64,000 nucleotides of DNA. Source: Escherichia coli. Its GTDB lineage: Bacteria; Pseudomonadota; Gammaproteobacteria; Enterobacterales; Enterobacteriaceae. Each line of letters starts with the position of its first letter. The stretch's first letter is position 1. The position numbers were made by a program, and so were the translations under genes. The stretch lies in NCBI RefSeq assembly GCF_003019035.1, contig NZ_CP027448.1; one strand, written 5' to 3'. Positions 11,006-21,171 of this stretch are shown piece by piece. The notes below the pieces were generated by a model. That model saw nothing but the letters and a program-made list of their open reading frames with translations, was not told where the DNA came from and did no database searches.

Positions 11006-11749
11006 TTAAAAATTGGGTTTAAAATCTTCAGAAACGTTCAGGAACTGTTTTGCCAGGTCGTCCTGCGAAATAAAGCCGTATGATAACGGGCGAACACTGC
11101 CCTGTTTCGGGTCAACCAGCATCATGGCCGGGAAATATTTCACGCCGAGGCGCTGCGCCTGCCCCTGGTCAGTCCGGGAATCCGGCAACAGCGGATTAAT
11201 CACGCCATCCACGGAAACGGGAATAACACTCAGACCATACGTATCCCGGAAGCCATTAATGACCTGCGCCAGTTGCCCGTCGATGGGGTCCTGCCCCCGG
11301 TAAAAAAACATGATGCCGTAGTGTTCAGCCAGTTTCGCAATGGCCTGTCGCTGCTGCGCCTGGTCTGCTGCCAGCTGGTTCCGTACCGTGCCGTTGTAAT
11401 GGCTGTACTGCAGGTTATAGTCCAGTTCAGGATGTGCCAGCATGGCCTTTCTGGCGCTCATGGTGAAAAGCCCGGCCTGCTGAGTCCAGTAATTTTGCAG
11501 CCGGAAATATTTCACAAAATTATCCACGCCGGGATACAGAATGGCTTCGTACAGCGCCCGCTTTGTTGCCGTCTGCAGTGCGGCCAGTTTCTGCATAATA
11601 TCCGGTTCCTGACGGGGGGCTGCAGGTACAGGTTTATTTTCTTTTTCCTTCGGATTTATTTTCTCGTTATACCACTGCCAGCCTGCATCTTTTCCTGACG
11701 CCGGAAAAATAAAGCAGCAGAGTAACAGTGGCAGTAATGCTTTATTCAT
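11006..11749 (-). CDS. traF: TraF periplasmic thioredoxin-fold pilus assembly protein (start set to MNKALL..., 247 aa)
   Basis: ORF 11006-11779; signal peptide after trimmed start; synteny. Confidence 0.88.
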   Translation of the reverse strand: MNKALLPLLLCCFIFPASGKDAGWQWYNEKINPKEKENKPVPAAPRQEPDIMQKLAALQTATKRALYEAILYPGVDNFVKYFRLQNYWTQQAGLFTMSARKAMLAHPELDYNLQYSHYNGTVRNQLAADQAQQRQAIAKLAEHYGIMFFYRGQDPIDGQLAQVINGFRDTYGLSVIPVSVDGVINPLLPDSRTDQGQAQRLGVKYFPAMMLVDPKQGSVRPLSYGFISQDDLAKQFLNVSEDFKPNF

Positions 11750-12002
11750 CTTCATTCCTTTCATCACTTTTTCTTTCATCAGGTTTCTGCAGGTCAGTCA
11801 GGGCAGAAAAACAAAAATACAGAATAAACAGGAGCACACCGGAGTAAAGGATAACGAAAGCAGCGGCAAGCATCCCGTCTGCCGTGGTTTCTTTTACCGT
11901 ATCCCACGACCAGATAATTACCGGAGAAATGACAATCGCTGTAATCAAAAGCCGGATAAGAAAATCAATAAAACGGTTCGACGTGAATATGACTTTCATC
12001 AT
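11742..12002 (-). CDS. trbE: TrbE
   Basis: 86-aa membrane ORF between traN and traF. Confidence 0.6.
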   Translation of the reverse strand: MMKVIFTSNRFIDFLIRLLITAIVISPVIIWSWDTVKETTADGMLAAAFVILYSGVLLFILYFCFSALTDLQKPDERKSDERNEDE

Positions 12003-12025
12003 TTCCCCCGGTTATTTCCCATACC

Positions 12026-13834
12026 TTACTGTCCTGCCTGTTTCAGCTGGTCAGCAATCTGCTCTTTCACTTTCTGCGTCAGAACGCCACTGTCCGGGAT
12101 TTTCTGGTTATTCATCAGGTCTTCGTAGAAGTTAGTGAAATCCAGTCTGTTGAACTGAATTTTCTGCAGCTCATCAACCGTAATCCCCCGACAGTCAGGA
12201 TGCTTCGCTCTGCCAAAACTGATACGCAACTGACCGTTGCGCCCCTGCTGCTGGACTATCTGCGCCAGCTTCGAATCAAACTGACAGTAGCTGCGTTTTT
12301 TCTCCAGACAGACGCCCAGCACTTTCTTCGAACAGAACTCCCCGACGCTGACGGTCAGTTTGTTTGATTTTGCTTTAGCCAGGGCTTTTTCATCACTGCT
12401 GCATTTGGCCAGCCCGATATCCTGTCCCCAGCCGCTGTCCTTACAGCAGTTGCTGTATCCGGCTGCAGCCTTCTTACAAAATTTCGCCTGACCGGTGAAA
12501 GCACGGACATCCACCCCGTTCAGCGCCGCAACATCCTTACCTGCAGCGGCCAGTGCTGCCAGCTGAGAAACAGCTTCAGCAAAATCATTACTCTTCCCGC
12601 CCTGAGCCTTATCGCATTCGCCATCGAGACAGAAGACGTCTCCCCCACAGACCATCACTTTCCCTGATGTTTTTGACTCGCAGGAGTAGGTGGCATATTC
12701 ATGCAGACAGGCACCTTCTTCGGAGTAAAAGGCGCACTGGTGTGACACCAGGGTACAGGCAGGATTGTCGGTGTAGGTCTGACAAGTTCCCTTGTCTGCT
12801 GACTGCGTGACATACGTGTCCCGGTATGCCCAGCAGCTCTGGTACATGCTGTATGACTGACCATCTTTCACCAGCGTCCTGTTCCCGCCAGCCTCCGTAC
12901 ATTCTGTTTTTGTCAGTTTCCCCAGCTCCTTGCTGAACGGGCAGCTTTCAGACCAGACAACATACGGGGTGTACGAGGCTTTTTTTACCCTGACAACCAG
13001 ACGCAGCTTCATTGCCGTATGACGTTTGAATTTTGTATTCCCGACCCGGACGGGGTGAGATGACGTAAAAGCCACACCGGCAGTCAGTGTTTTCTGTACT
13101 GGTGTAAATGAGGCATCTGCTGAGTATTTGGCATTCCAGCTCAGTGGGGTTCCCAGTACTGTAATTGTCATAGGTACACTCTTCTGCAAGTAAGTACGAC
13201 TCCAGCTGTAATGCGCATCGACAATTTCACCGGTAACGGGAGAGGTAATGGAGACAACATACTGACCATTCACTTCACGTGCAGGTAGCTGACTCATTTC
13301 ATACTCCAGCGTCCGGGTTTCCCATGTGGTACTCCCCTGCAGCTTCATACGGGCAGTTCGTGTGCAGTACTGCTCCACCTGTAAATCCCGCTCACAGGTG
13401 TAATTCGTGTATTCACTCCTGCTAATCTCCTGCGCACTGCACTGCTGCCCGGTGTTTCCCACAATGCTGTCAGCCCGGTTCACCACATCCCTGCCGGTCT
13501 GGATAAACGGTGCATCCGGTGAAAGAATGTCTTTCGGCTTGTTCATGAATGATTCTGTAATGGTTTTTCCGGTTTCACCGGTCGCCCATTCCGTGGTGCC
13601 GTCATTTTTCAGGCCGCCATCCCCGCCGGCAGTCACGCCACCGTAATATTTTGTCTCGTCCGGATTCGCGTTATAGCCGGGGATACTCTCCTGTGGCTTA
13701 AAGCCCTGAATACTGCTGCTTCCCTGCCCTTTGATCTGGTGAGCAAAATCAGAACCGGCCCGGTAATCACTGTTGCTGTCAGCCTGTGCCATGCCGGCAA
13801 CCAGAGCCAGTATCAGAGGTAAAATACGTTTCAT
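12026..13834 (-). CDS. traN: Mating pair stabilisation outer-membrane protein TraN
   Basis: 602 aa, signal peptide, Cys-rich C-terminal half; synteny. Confidence 0.93.
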   Translation of the reverse strand: MKRILPLILALVAGMAQADSNSDYRAGSDFAHQIKGQGSSSIQGFKPQESIPGYNANPDETKYYGGVTAGGDGGLKNDGTTEWATGETGKTITESFMNKPKDILSPDAPFIQTGRDVVNRADSIVGNTGQQCSAQEISRSEYTNYTCERDLQVEQYCTRTARMKLQGSTTWETRTLEYEMSQLPAREVNGQYVVSITSPVTGEIVDAHYSWSRTYLQKSVPMTITVLGTPLSWNAKYSADASFTPVQKTLTAGVAFTSSHPVRVGNTKFKRHTAMKLRLVVRVKKASYTPYVVWSESCPFSKELGKLTKTECTEAGGNRTLVKDGQSYSMYQSCWAYRDTYVTQSADKGTCQTYTDNPACTLVSHQCAFYSEEGACLHEYATYSCESKTSGKVMVCGGDVFCLDGECDKAQGGKSNDFAEAVSQLAALAAAGKDVAALNGVDVRAFTGQAKFCKKAAAGYSNCCKDSGWGQDIGLAKCSSDEKALAKAKSNKLTVSVGEFCSKKVLGVCLEKKRSYCQFDSKLAQIVQQQGRNGQLRISFGRAKHPDCRGITVDELQKIQFNRLDFTNFYEDLMNNQKIPDSGVLTQKVKEQIADQLKQAGQ

Positions 13835-14472
13835 TTCCCGGCATCTCCTTTCCCTGCCAGTAAATCATGAGCCACCTGCCGGCAGTCACCCGTGGCGGCC
13901 ACTTTCTCCAGCGCCTGGCCGACCCGCAGGTTTCCCCGGATGATGTCGTATCCCTGACTGCAGAACACCACCAGTGCCGGTACAGTGCGAATGCCGTACT
14001 GTGAAAACAGCGTCGGGTCGATCTGAACACCATCAGTCGCGCCGTCTTTCACCAGGGACAACACAGCTTCAGCGGTGGTCTTCAGGTCATTGTTCACCAT
14101 GCCCCGCAGTGTGGCCGGAATACCGTAGTGCCGGGTTTCGCCCAGCATTCGTTTCAGCCCCTCTTCGGGAATGGAAAACGACACAAAATACAGAGCACCC
14201 TGCCGGGGTTTCCCGTCCTGCGAAGCCTGCTGTTTACGAACCAGCTCATCCAGGAAATGGTTATCTGAACGCTGAAGGGGGTTTTCCAGCACCTGTTTCT
14301 CCGCCCAGGCTTTCAGCTGATGGTCAGGTTTTTCACGCAGTTGTCTGCTTAAATTTTCCTGCTGCTTCAGGAACTGGCGGTTTTCAGGAGTGTTCACGTT
14401 TTCTGACGCCATAACCGCCCCGTTCAGCATCATCAGCAGTGCTGCCAGAGATTTCATACTCAGCTTCATCAT
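13831..14472 (-). CDS. trbC: TrbC periplasmic pilus assembly protein
   Basis: 213 aa with signal peptide; synteny between traU and traN. Confidence 0.88.
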   Translation of the reverse strand: MMKLSMKSLAALLMMLNGAVMASENVNTPENRQFLKQQENLSRQLREKPDHQLKAWAEKQVLENPLQRSDNHFLDELVRKQQASQDGKPRQGALYFVSFSIPEEGLKRMLGETRHYGIPATLRGMVNNDLKTTAEAVLSLVKDGATDGVQIDPTLFSQYGIRTVPALVVFCSQGYDIIRGNLRVGQALEKVAATGDCRQVAHDLLAGKGDAGK

Positions 14473-14477
14473 TCACC

Positions 14478-15470
14478 TCACAGGAAGACACAGTTACGTT
14501 TACGCCACATCAGGTAGCCGAAGTTTTTCTTTGTGTTGGGCGGATTTTTCCCGGTTTCCCAGCGGGTCACGCTGCGCCCGAACGGGTGGCACTGCCCGCT
14601 GTCCGGATACATATTCACCATCTGGTAACGCCAGCGTTCTTTGGGCAGGATTGGGGACGGATATTCATTACAGACGGCGTTATTTTTCCCGATGGTTTCC
14701 ATAATCATGCCCTGACGGTGCAGCTTGAACGCCATGCGTTCACTGACCAGCAGGGAGGACTGCAACGGACTGGACTCATTACTCACCCAGCCATTGAACG
14801 GGTACATACTTCCCTGCGAACCGGCACACCAGAACAGAACATCGAGAGGCATATTAAAGGCGCTGGCAATCGCATCTGCTGCGCAGGCTCCCTGTGCTAT
14901 CGGATTGGCAAAGATGACAGCTTCCGGATTGAGAATGGTGGTCAGGCTGCTGTCCGTCCAGGTGGGGTCAATTTCAGAAAGATAAGCGATATCCAGGTCA
15001 CCACCTTCCAGACAGCCCAGCGATGTGATGATGTTCAGCCAGTACGTCAGCGGGTATTTGTACCAGTGAACGTGATAGAACGCCCCATTTACCTGCTTCT
15101 CATCCTTTTTCGCCGTTCCCTGTGCCGTTTTACCAAAAGCCGGCAGGCTGAAGCCCAGGTTCACCATGCATCCCGGTGACCGGGTGACGTCCGTCAACGC
15201 CATCGGCTCCCAGTAACCAATGGCCAGCCCGATACGCCTGAACAGCGGCGGCGGTGCCGGACAAATCTGAATGGGCATCGACGGGTTCGCCGTGTCGGGG
15301 ACCTTACCCTGACTGACTTTGATACTGCCCAGCGAGAGCGGGAAAATACAGCTCCAGCAGATATCTGTGATCGGGTTTACAAAACGCCCCTCACAGGCAG
15401 AATCCGCAGACGCCGCAGGGACATGACCGGCGAAAAGGAATAACATCAGCAGCCACAGCCTTCGCTTCAT
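14478..15470 (-). CDS. traU: TraU
   Basis: 330 aa with signal peptide MKRRLWLLMLFLFAGHVPAASA; synteny. Confidence 0.93.
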   Translation of the reverse strand: MKRRLWLLMLFLFAGHVPAASADSACEGRFVNPITDICWSCIFPLSLGSIKVSQGKVPDTANPSMPIQICPAPPPLFRRIGLAIGYWEPMALTDVTRSPGCMVNLGFSLPAFGKTAQGTAKKDEKQVNGAFYHVHWYKYPLTYWLNIITSLGCLEGGDLDIAYLSEIDPTWTDSSLTTILNPEAVIFANPIAQGACAADAIASAFNMPLDVLFWCAGSQGSMYPFNGWVSNESSPLQSSLLVSERMAFKLHRQGMIMETIGKNNAVCNEYPSPILPKERWRYQMVNMYPDSGQCHPFGRSVTRWETGKNPPNTKKNFGYLMWRKRNCVFL

Positions 15471-16099
15471 TTTCTGCCCTCCTCTGCCGGAATAAATTCC
15501 ACCTTCAGGAAGCGATCGCCGGGAACGGCGTTCACCCGTGCCGGGACCTGATCAATGCCGAGGCGCTGGCAGAGCACACCGTTCTGGTCAAAGTAAACAC
15601 GGCTGTCCAGAGACTTCTGCATCTCCGGGATACTGCCCTGCACGAGGATAATTTTGCTCTCCAGTGTGGGCGGCGTCTGGCGTTTCATCCAGGCCACCTG
15701 CGCCGGATCATCGCCATTGATGAAATACAGCGTCTGGTTAAAAGGAACATACTGCAGCGGATTCATCACTTCACCCTGACGGGCAAACACCCGCCCTTCG
15801 TTATCCCGGATATCCGCAGCCAGTCTGACGGACGGGTCAAACAACCGGCTGCCGTATTTCTCCGTGCGTCCGATACCGGGCACGGCAGGGGGCCGCAGAC
15901 TGTTGCGGATCACCCGCTCCTTAAAGGCATCCATTTTCCGGCCCATCTCACCGGACTGCTCCAGTGCCGTCAGGCGCTGCATGATCACCGTCAGCATGTC
16001 CGGCTCCTTTACCGGCCACAGATCGCCCCAGGTACCAAGATCGGCGGCGGCCACACTCTGCCCCCATATCAGCAGGGCAATCAACCCCCGGCATCTCAT
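15467..16099 (-). CDS. traW: TraW (start trimmed to MRCRGLIALL..., 210 aa)
   Basis: ORF 15467-16213 overlaps trbI; internal Met followed by signal peptide gives the F-type length. Confidence 0.85.
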   Translation of the reverse strand: MRCRGLIALLIWGQSVAAADLGTWGDLWPVKEPDMLTVIMQRLTALEQSGEMGRKMDAFKERVIRNSLRPPAVPGIGRTEKYGSRLFDPSVRLAADIRDNEGRVFARQGEVMNPLQYVPFNQTLYFINGDDPAQVAWMKRQTPPTLESKIILVQGSIPEMQKSLDSRVYFDQNGVLCQRLGIDQVPARVNAVPGDRFLKVEFIPAEEGRK

Positions 16100-16482
16100 G
16101 GTTCCGCCCTCATTCGCCGGGCAATATCCTGCTGGATTTCCCGGGTGATATCCGGTGCCCCCTGTACCACAGCAGGCGACACCAGAATGACCGCGTGGTG
16201 TTTCTGCTGCCACGCCTGCAGGCTGGCTTCCAGTGCCGTGTTAAAACGCGCTGAAAGAGCTTTTGACTGCGCTTCTGACAGTTGTTTCTGACTGGCGCTG
16301 TCAAAAAACGCATCCACGGTCTGTTTCATGTTGAAGGCGACAGTCACCGGTGCGTTCAGTCTGACAATGCCGTAACTGACGGCTGCGTTCAGTAACACCA
16401 TTGCCAGGCATCCCGGCACCGTCCACCACCAGTGGCTGCGTCGTTCTGCCGTGACGTCGGCGGGTTTCTGCGTTGAACTCAT
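16096..16482 (-). CDS. trbI: TrbI
   Basis: 128 aa with single TM; between traC and traW. Confidence 0.8.
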   Translation of the reverse strand: MSSTQKPADVTAERRSHWWWTVPGCLAMVLLNAAVSYGIVRLNAPVTVAFNMKQTVDAFFDSASQKQLSEAQSKALSARFNTALEASLQAWQQKHHAVILVSPAVVQGAPDITREIQQDIARRMRAEP

Positions 16483-19106
16483 GCCACACTCCTGTATTTC
16501 TCATGTTCTTCCAGCCAGGCTTCCAGCGAAGCCATTTCCGGCCCTGACTTCTTCCACGCCAGCTGCCACACTGCCTCATGAATACTCAGCCCCTCTTTAC
16601 GCTTCTGCTGCACAAACTCAAAATCCGGGCCGTCAGAGCTGTACATGGCGCGGCTTAACGGGTCCACAAACAGACGGTGCCAGGAGGAATGGTTTTCCAC
16701 CTGCAGCAGGAAGGAACTGAACCACTGGTCTTTGGCCGCACCAAACTTACCAATCATGTCACGCTGCAGTGGCAGGAACTGGTCCGGATACAGTTGGTTG
16801 TATTTCGCGAACTCCTTCGCACTCTGTTTGAGGATAATTTTGTAGGAGGAGTTACCCCATGCCGCGCGGGCAGCACTGGAGGCCTTATCAGAGTCAAAGT
16901 CGACGATGTTCTGTGTGATGGTGATATAGGCACCGGTATGACGGCGGGCCGTACGGTAGCCTTTCTCAATAAATTCACCGACCTTGTGATTTTTGAAGTC
17001 CAGCAGACGCCAGCCTTCATCAATAACGTTCAGTTTCTTGAGGTTACGCGGCGTGCGGTACATCCTGTTCTCGATGTAGATAATCAGGGAGAACATCACC
17101 GCAACCAGCAGTGACGGACGGTCTTCCAGTCCGCCCAGCTCCAGCACCACCATTTTTGCGTCATCCCTCAGGGACGGCTCATCAGAGTTAAAATACTGGC
17201 CGTAAGTGCCGTTGGCAGTGTACTGGTCAAGCAGCACAATCATTTCGTCCAGACGGCTGCGTATAGTTGGTGACTCGGCATACTGCTCGCTGTCACTGGC
17301 GTTTTTCAGGAAATCCACCACGTCATCAATACGTGCTCTGTTCTCTTTGGCCAGCCAGGAGGCTCTGACCGCCTGCAACAGCAGACCTTCATGCACTTCA
17401 TCCAGGTTACCGTTGGGGCTGGCCATCACTGACAACTGGTCACGGACACGCTCCGCTGACTGGTCAATATCGGTGATGTTCGCAAACGGGTTAAAACGCA
17501 GGGTTTCACCGTCCAGATACACCCCGCCCATGTTCTCACACAGGGACTTGTATCCATCCCCCATGTCGAACACCACGGCAAAGCCTCCGGAGTCCAGCAC
17601 GCTGCGGATAAGTGGCTGTATCAGCCCGGTTTTACCGGCCCCGGAGGTGCCACAGACCGCCATGTTGTAGTTGGTGTTATTCATCCCCCGGAAGAAAATA
17701 TCGATAAACGCCAGCTGGTTACGGTAGGTGGGTGCCAGCAGACCTGCCGGTGTCAGGGGGTTATCCGCCACTAACGGCATCAGGTTGGCAACATTAAAGC
17801 TCTCTGCGCGCTGAACCACTCCGGCCTCTTTCAGCTGTTTAAACAGCCCTTTCCCGGCCATAAAGGGCAGGCAGGTCAGGAAATTGCGCATGTGGTTAAA
17901 GCGCGGTGAAATCAGCTCAAAACCGTTTTTACGAAAGCTGTTCAGGATGTCCTGCTCCACTTCCAGCGCCGTTTCATTATTGTCCTTGCAGAATGCTGTG
18001 ATGTTGAGGAAGTAGGACACCACGGAGGACTGACCGGAGCCCAGCCGCTGACGCAGTTCCCCCCACTCCTTCGCCTCTTTCTCCACGGACGGAAACCATT
18101 TGGCATAGGAGGTCTTCGACTTTTTCTCCAGGTCCATGTACTTCAGGTTGGCTTCGCTGTGGGTTTTCACCTGGTCTTCCACCACCAGAGTCAGCGTCAG
18201 GATGAACGGACAGGAGATGGACAGTTCCGGGTTCAGCAGGTTGCTGTAGTTGTCGGCCATGTTCCACAGGAAAGCGATTTCCGGGTTACGGGCCAGATGG
18301 AAATTCAGGATGCGGGCCGTGCTGTTCCTGCCGTTCTCACGCAGGCCCAGCGTCAGGTAATCAGCCCGGACTTTCAGATCAAAACTGTCCTCCACACACT
18401 GATAATTCAGATCAGAATACGGGTCCAGCTGACGTCTTTTCGGGTACAGGGAGTCCGGGTTATGGTTAATCATCTCCCCGACAATATCGATAAAGACCTG
18501 TGCATCCACCGTCTGTGTGGTGATACTGGCCCCCTGTAACGACGCCCGGATGATTTTCACCAGGTTTTCCATTTCCAGAATGTCGGCCCGGCTTTTTTTC
18601 TTCGAAGGAGAACAGTACGAGATAAACACCCGGTAATGGCGCAGGGTCAGGGGCAGATTCATCCCCTCCGGCAGCGGAAACTGTGTCGCTGCCGCTTTCA
18701 TATAATAGGCCCGGGTAATGGCGTTAAACCGTTCAGCCTGTTCACCTGACCAGGAGAACTCACGCAGCCCGTATTCAATCCTGTCACCAACCAGCTGACT
18801 GGACATCAGATGGATACACAACGGAATACCGCGCGGCAGTTTGGTGCGCAGCATGTGATCGAGGGCCTCCACAATGGACTCATTCGCCCCATTGATGGGA
18901 ATGGCTTCCAGCATAAAGCCCATCGTGGTGTCATTCATGAACAGACCGGATTCCTGGTTGTAATCACGGTACGGCAGCAGACGGCTGAACTGCGGGAAGC
19001 TCATTTCGCCCAGAACTTCATTGGCCTTTGCGGATTCGTCAGGCAGTTTCAGTGCTGTGACGAGGGAGTTAACCGCCTGAGTGACGGCCTCAAGTGGGTT
19101 ATTCAC
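16479..19106 (-). CDS. traC: TraC (VirB4-like ATPase)
   Basis: 875 aa; Walker A GTSGAGKT; synteny. Confidence 0.95.
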   Translation of the reverse strand: MNNPLEAVTQAVNSLVTALKLPDESAKANEVLGEMSFPQFSRLLPYRDYNQESGLFMNDTTMGFMLEAIPINGANESIVEALDHMLRTKLPRGIPLCIHLMSSQLVGDRIEYGLREFSWSGEQAERFNAITRAYYMKAAATQFPLPEGMNLPLTLRHYRVFISYCSPSKKKSRADILEMENLVKIIRASLQGASITTQTVDAQVFIDIVGEMINHNPDSLYPKRRQLDPYSDLNYQCVEDSFDLKVRADYLTLGLRENGRNSTARILNFHLARNPEIAFLWNMADNYSNLLNPELSISCPFILTLTLVVEDQVKTHSEANLKYMDLEKKSKTSYAKWFPSVEKEAKEWGELRQRLGSGQSSVVSYFLNITAFCKDNNETALEVEQDILNSFRKNGFELISPRFNHMRNFLTCLPFMAGKGLFKQLKEAGVVQRAESFNVANLMPLVADNPLTPAGLLAPTYRNQLAFIDIFFRGMNNTNYNMAVCGTSGAGKTGLIQPLIRSVLDSGGFAVVFDMGDGYKSLCENMGGVYLDGETLRFNPFANITDIDQSAERVRDQLSVMASPNGNLDEVHEGLLLQAVRASWLAKENRARIDDVVDFLKNASDSEQYAESPTIRSRLDEMIVLLDQYTANGTYGQYFNSDEPSLRDDAKMVVLELGGLEDRPSLLVAVMFSLIIYIENRMYRTPRNLKKLNVIDEGWRLLDFKNHKVGEFIEKGYRTARRHTGAYITITQNIVDFDSDKASSAARAAWGNSSYKIILKQSAKEFAKYNQLYPDQFLPLQRDMIGKFGAAKDQWFSSFLLQVENHSSWHRLFVDPLSRAMYSSDGPDFEFVQQKRKEGLSIHEAVWQLAWKKSGPEMASLEAWLEEHEKYRSVA

Positions 19107-19265
19107 ATGAATTCCTTAGTTGAAAAATAAAGCGAGAAATGCGGTAGCCATGAAGGGAATACCTGTAATTAACGCACCATTTCCCGGCGCATATACAAAG
19201 ATTTCTGTTTTCTGAATATCCACTCATGTTCATCCGGAATTAAATCACTATGTTCTGCGACTGAC

Positions 19266-19487
19266 TTATGCATAATGTTTTCTCTGTCTTTCCTGATACG
19301 CCTGACATTCAACGCACAACGTCACACCGGGAAATATTTTCCGCCGGGCTTCCGGAATAGGATTTCCGCATGCTTCACAGAGATAAACAGGAATACCATG
19401 AGCATTTATTTTCTGGCGTATCCGGTTTATTCCTGTCATGCTCAGTTGTTCTGTCACTGAATATGCTTCATCGGCTTCATCACTCAC
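19266..19487 (-). CDS. traR: TraR (DksA/TraR C4 zinc-finger)
   Basis: 73 aa with CxxC...CxxC (CEACGNPIP...CVECQ). Confidence 0.88.
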   Translation of the reverse strand: MSDEADEAYSVTEQLSMTGINRIRQKINAHGIPVYLCEACGNPIPEARRKIFPGVTLCVECQAYQERQRKHYA

Positions 19488-19621
19488 GGAATATTCCTCC
19501 CGACATGTTCTGACACGCTACCGCCCATCCCTTTTCACGCACAGGGCACTCGTTTTACAGGCAGATTTTGAATACAGAAAGCCCGCCGGCATTGCCGGCT
19601 GATATACAACTTCAGGGCCAG

Positions 19622-20137
19622 TTAATTAATACGTGGTTTTCCCCATGCAGACGGTTTAATAACAAAAAACACACTGGATGGCTGATGATAAACATCCTGA
19701 TTATCAATATAAGGCGCTATCCATAATGCAGCCGTCTGCTCACCTGTTCTTAGCGGACGGGGAGGTGTTACCGGCGCAACTGAACTGACCGGAACAACCG
19801 TTTTCACTTCCCGGGCAGCGGTAAACAGCGGGCGTGGTGCCAGCAGTTTCTGCTCCGGATGAGCAGTCACTACAGGCCCGCTGCCGGATGGACTGGCCGT
19901 GCTGGCGGCCCGCACCGTGGTTGTCCGGAAGTTCCCTTCAGCCAGGCGCGGCAGTGATGCCGCAGCCGGCTTTGCATCTGCAGGCTGTTCCAGCTTTTTG
20001 GCCTTCTCGTTGGCCTGCTCCATCGTCATACAGGTATCGGATGTGGTGGCGTTACACTCAAATTCCGTACTGGTTCCGGCACAGCCGGAAAGTAATAAGG
20101 TCCCCAGCAGAGGAATAAATAAAGAAATCTGTTTCAT
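19622..20137 (-). CDS. traV: TraV outer-membrane lipoprotein
   Basis: 171 aa, lipobox LLSGCAG; synteny. Confidence 0.9.
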   Translation of the reverse strand: MKQISLFIPLLGTLLLSGCAGTSTEFECNATTSDTCMTMEQANEKAKKLEQPADAKPAAASLPRLAEGNFRTTTVRAASTASPSGSGPVVTAHPEQKLLAPRPLFTAAREVKTVVPVSSVAPVTPPRPLRTGEQTAALWIAPYIDNQDVYHQPSSVFFVIKPSAWGKPRIN

Positions 20138-20385
20138 TGTCCCTCACCTTTCTCATCGCAGTTCACAAAATCCTTCTTCAAATCCCTGACCGTACAGGTT
20201 TTTACAATGTCAGGATTTTCAAAAACCGTACTCCGTGATGATTTATAAACATATGCCACAATGCGTTTTCCCCCCGCATCAGGTTCTGGTGCACTGACTT
20301 CACATAACGGAGGTGTTATTCCGGACTCATACAGCACCGGATAATTTATTTTTTTGACGCTGCCATCAGAAACCAGCTTATTCAT
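20134..20385 (-). CDS. trbG: TrbG
   Basis: 83-aa ORF between trbD and traV. Confidence 0.6.
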   Translation of the reverse strand: MNKLVSDGSVKKINYPVLYESGITPPLCEVSAPEPDAGGKRIVAYVYKSSRSTVFENPDIVKTCTVRDLKKDFVNCDEKGEGQ

Positions 20386-20396
20386 CGAAGGGTTCC

Positions 20397-20594
20397 TTAT
20401 ATTTCTGAATTCTTCATCACACCGACAGCAGTCATATTAAAATTGTCCGGCAATGACTCAGAACCGAATTTCTCCGGTGCAGGAAGTACGATTCTTGTGG
20501 CGCAGTTACTGAGAACAGCATGCATAAAATCATCTGACACGGTTTTACCCGGCACAGAGAGGGCTGTAATAACATTAATATTACGCATGTTCAT
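20397..20594 (-). CDS. trbD: TrbD (start trimmed to MNMRN..., 65 aa)
   Basis: ORF 20397-20627; position after traP. Confidence 0.55.
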   Translation of the reverse strand: MNMRNINVITALSVPGKTVSDDFMHAVLSNCATRIVLPAPEKFGSESLPDNFNMTAVGVMKNSEI

Positions 20595-21171
20595 TTTTAT
20601 CTCCGTTGTTTCTGTTTGTTCTGTCATCAGGAAGATAAACAGGGCATTTCCTGATTTTTCCCGGCAGGGAAGCGTCTTCCGTATAAACTTCCTTCAGATG
20701 TTCATCTGCGGTTACCCCCCGGATACATTTCATTTTTCCGGGTCGCACCGGATATTTCCCGGTGATCGCTGCCAGCGAGACATACATCAGTGCCAGTGTT
20801 GCCCATAATGCGGTGACCAGTTGCATCAGTGACCGGTCAGTCTCCCTGACATAATCTGCAGCATCAGCCGCACGGTAATGGCAGATATCCTGTATTTCTG
20901 ATCTGCCTGAAGAATCAGAGGAAGAAAACCAGCATTCACTGACCGGGAACTGTCCGGCAGGTGCTGTTTGTCTTACGAAGTTAATCTCCTTAACCAGTAA
21001 TTTCCCCGGCGTGGTGTTGTCCTTCCATAAAACAAACAGAGCCATCAGGGCCATTGTGGCCAGTGGCAGAATGACTGTGTACTTCAGACACCAGAACAGT
21101 CCTCGCAGAACCCGGGCGACAACATACCGAGCGGCATGGCACGCCTGACGGGACGACATATTATTTGCCAT
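20581..21171 (-). CDS. traP: TraP
   Basis: 196-aa membrane protein; synteny after traB. Confidence 0.8.
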   Translation of the reverse strand: MANNMSSRQACHAARYVVARVLRGLFWCLKYTVILPLATMALMALFVLWKDNTTPGKLLVKEINFVRQTAPAGQFPVSECWFSSSDSSGRSEIQDICHYRAADAADYVRETDRSLMQLVTALWATLALMYVSLAAITGKYPVRPGKMKCIRGVTADEHLKEVYTEDASLPGKIRKCPVYLPDDRTNRNNGDKNEHA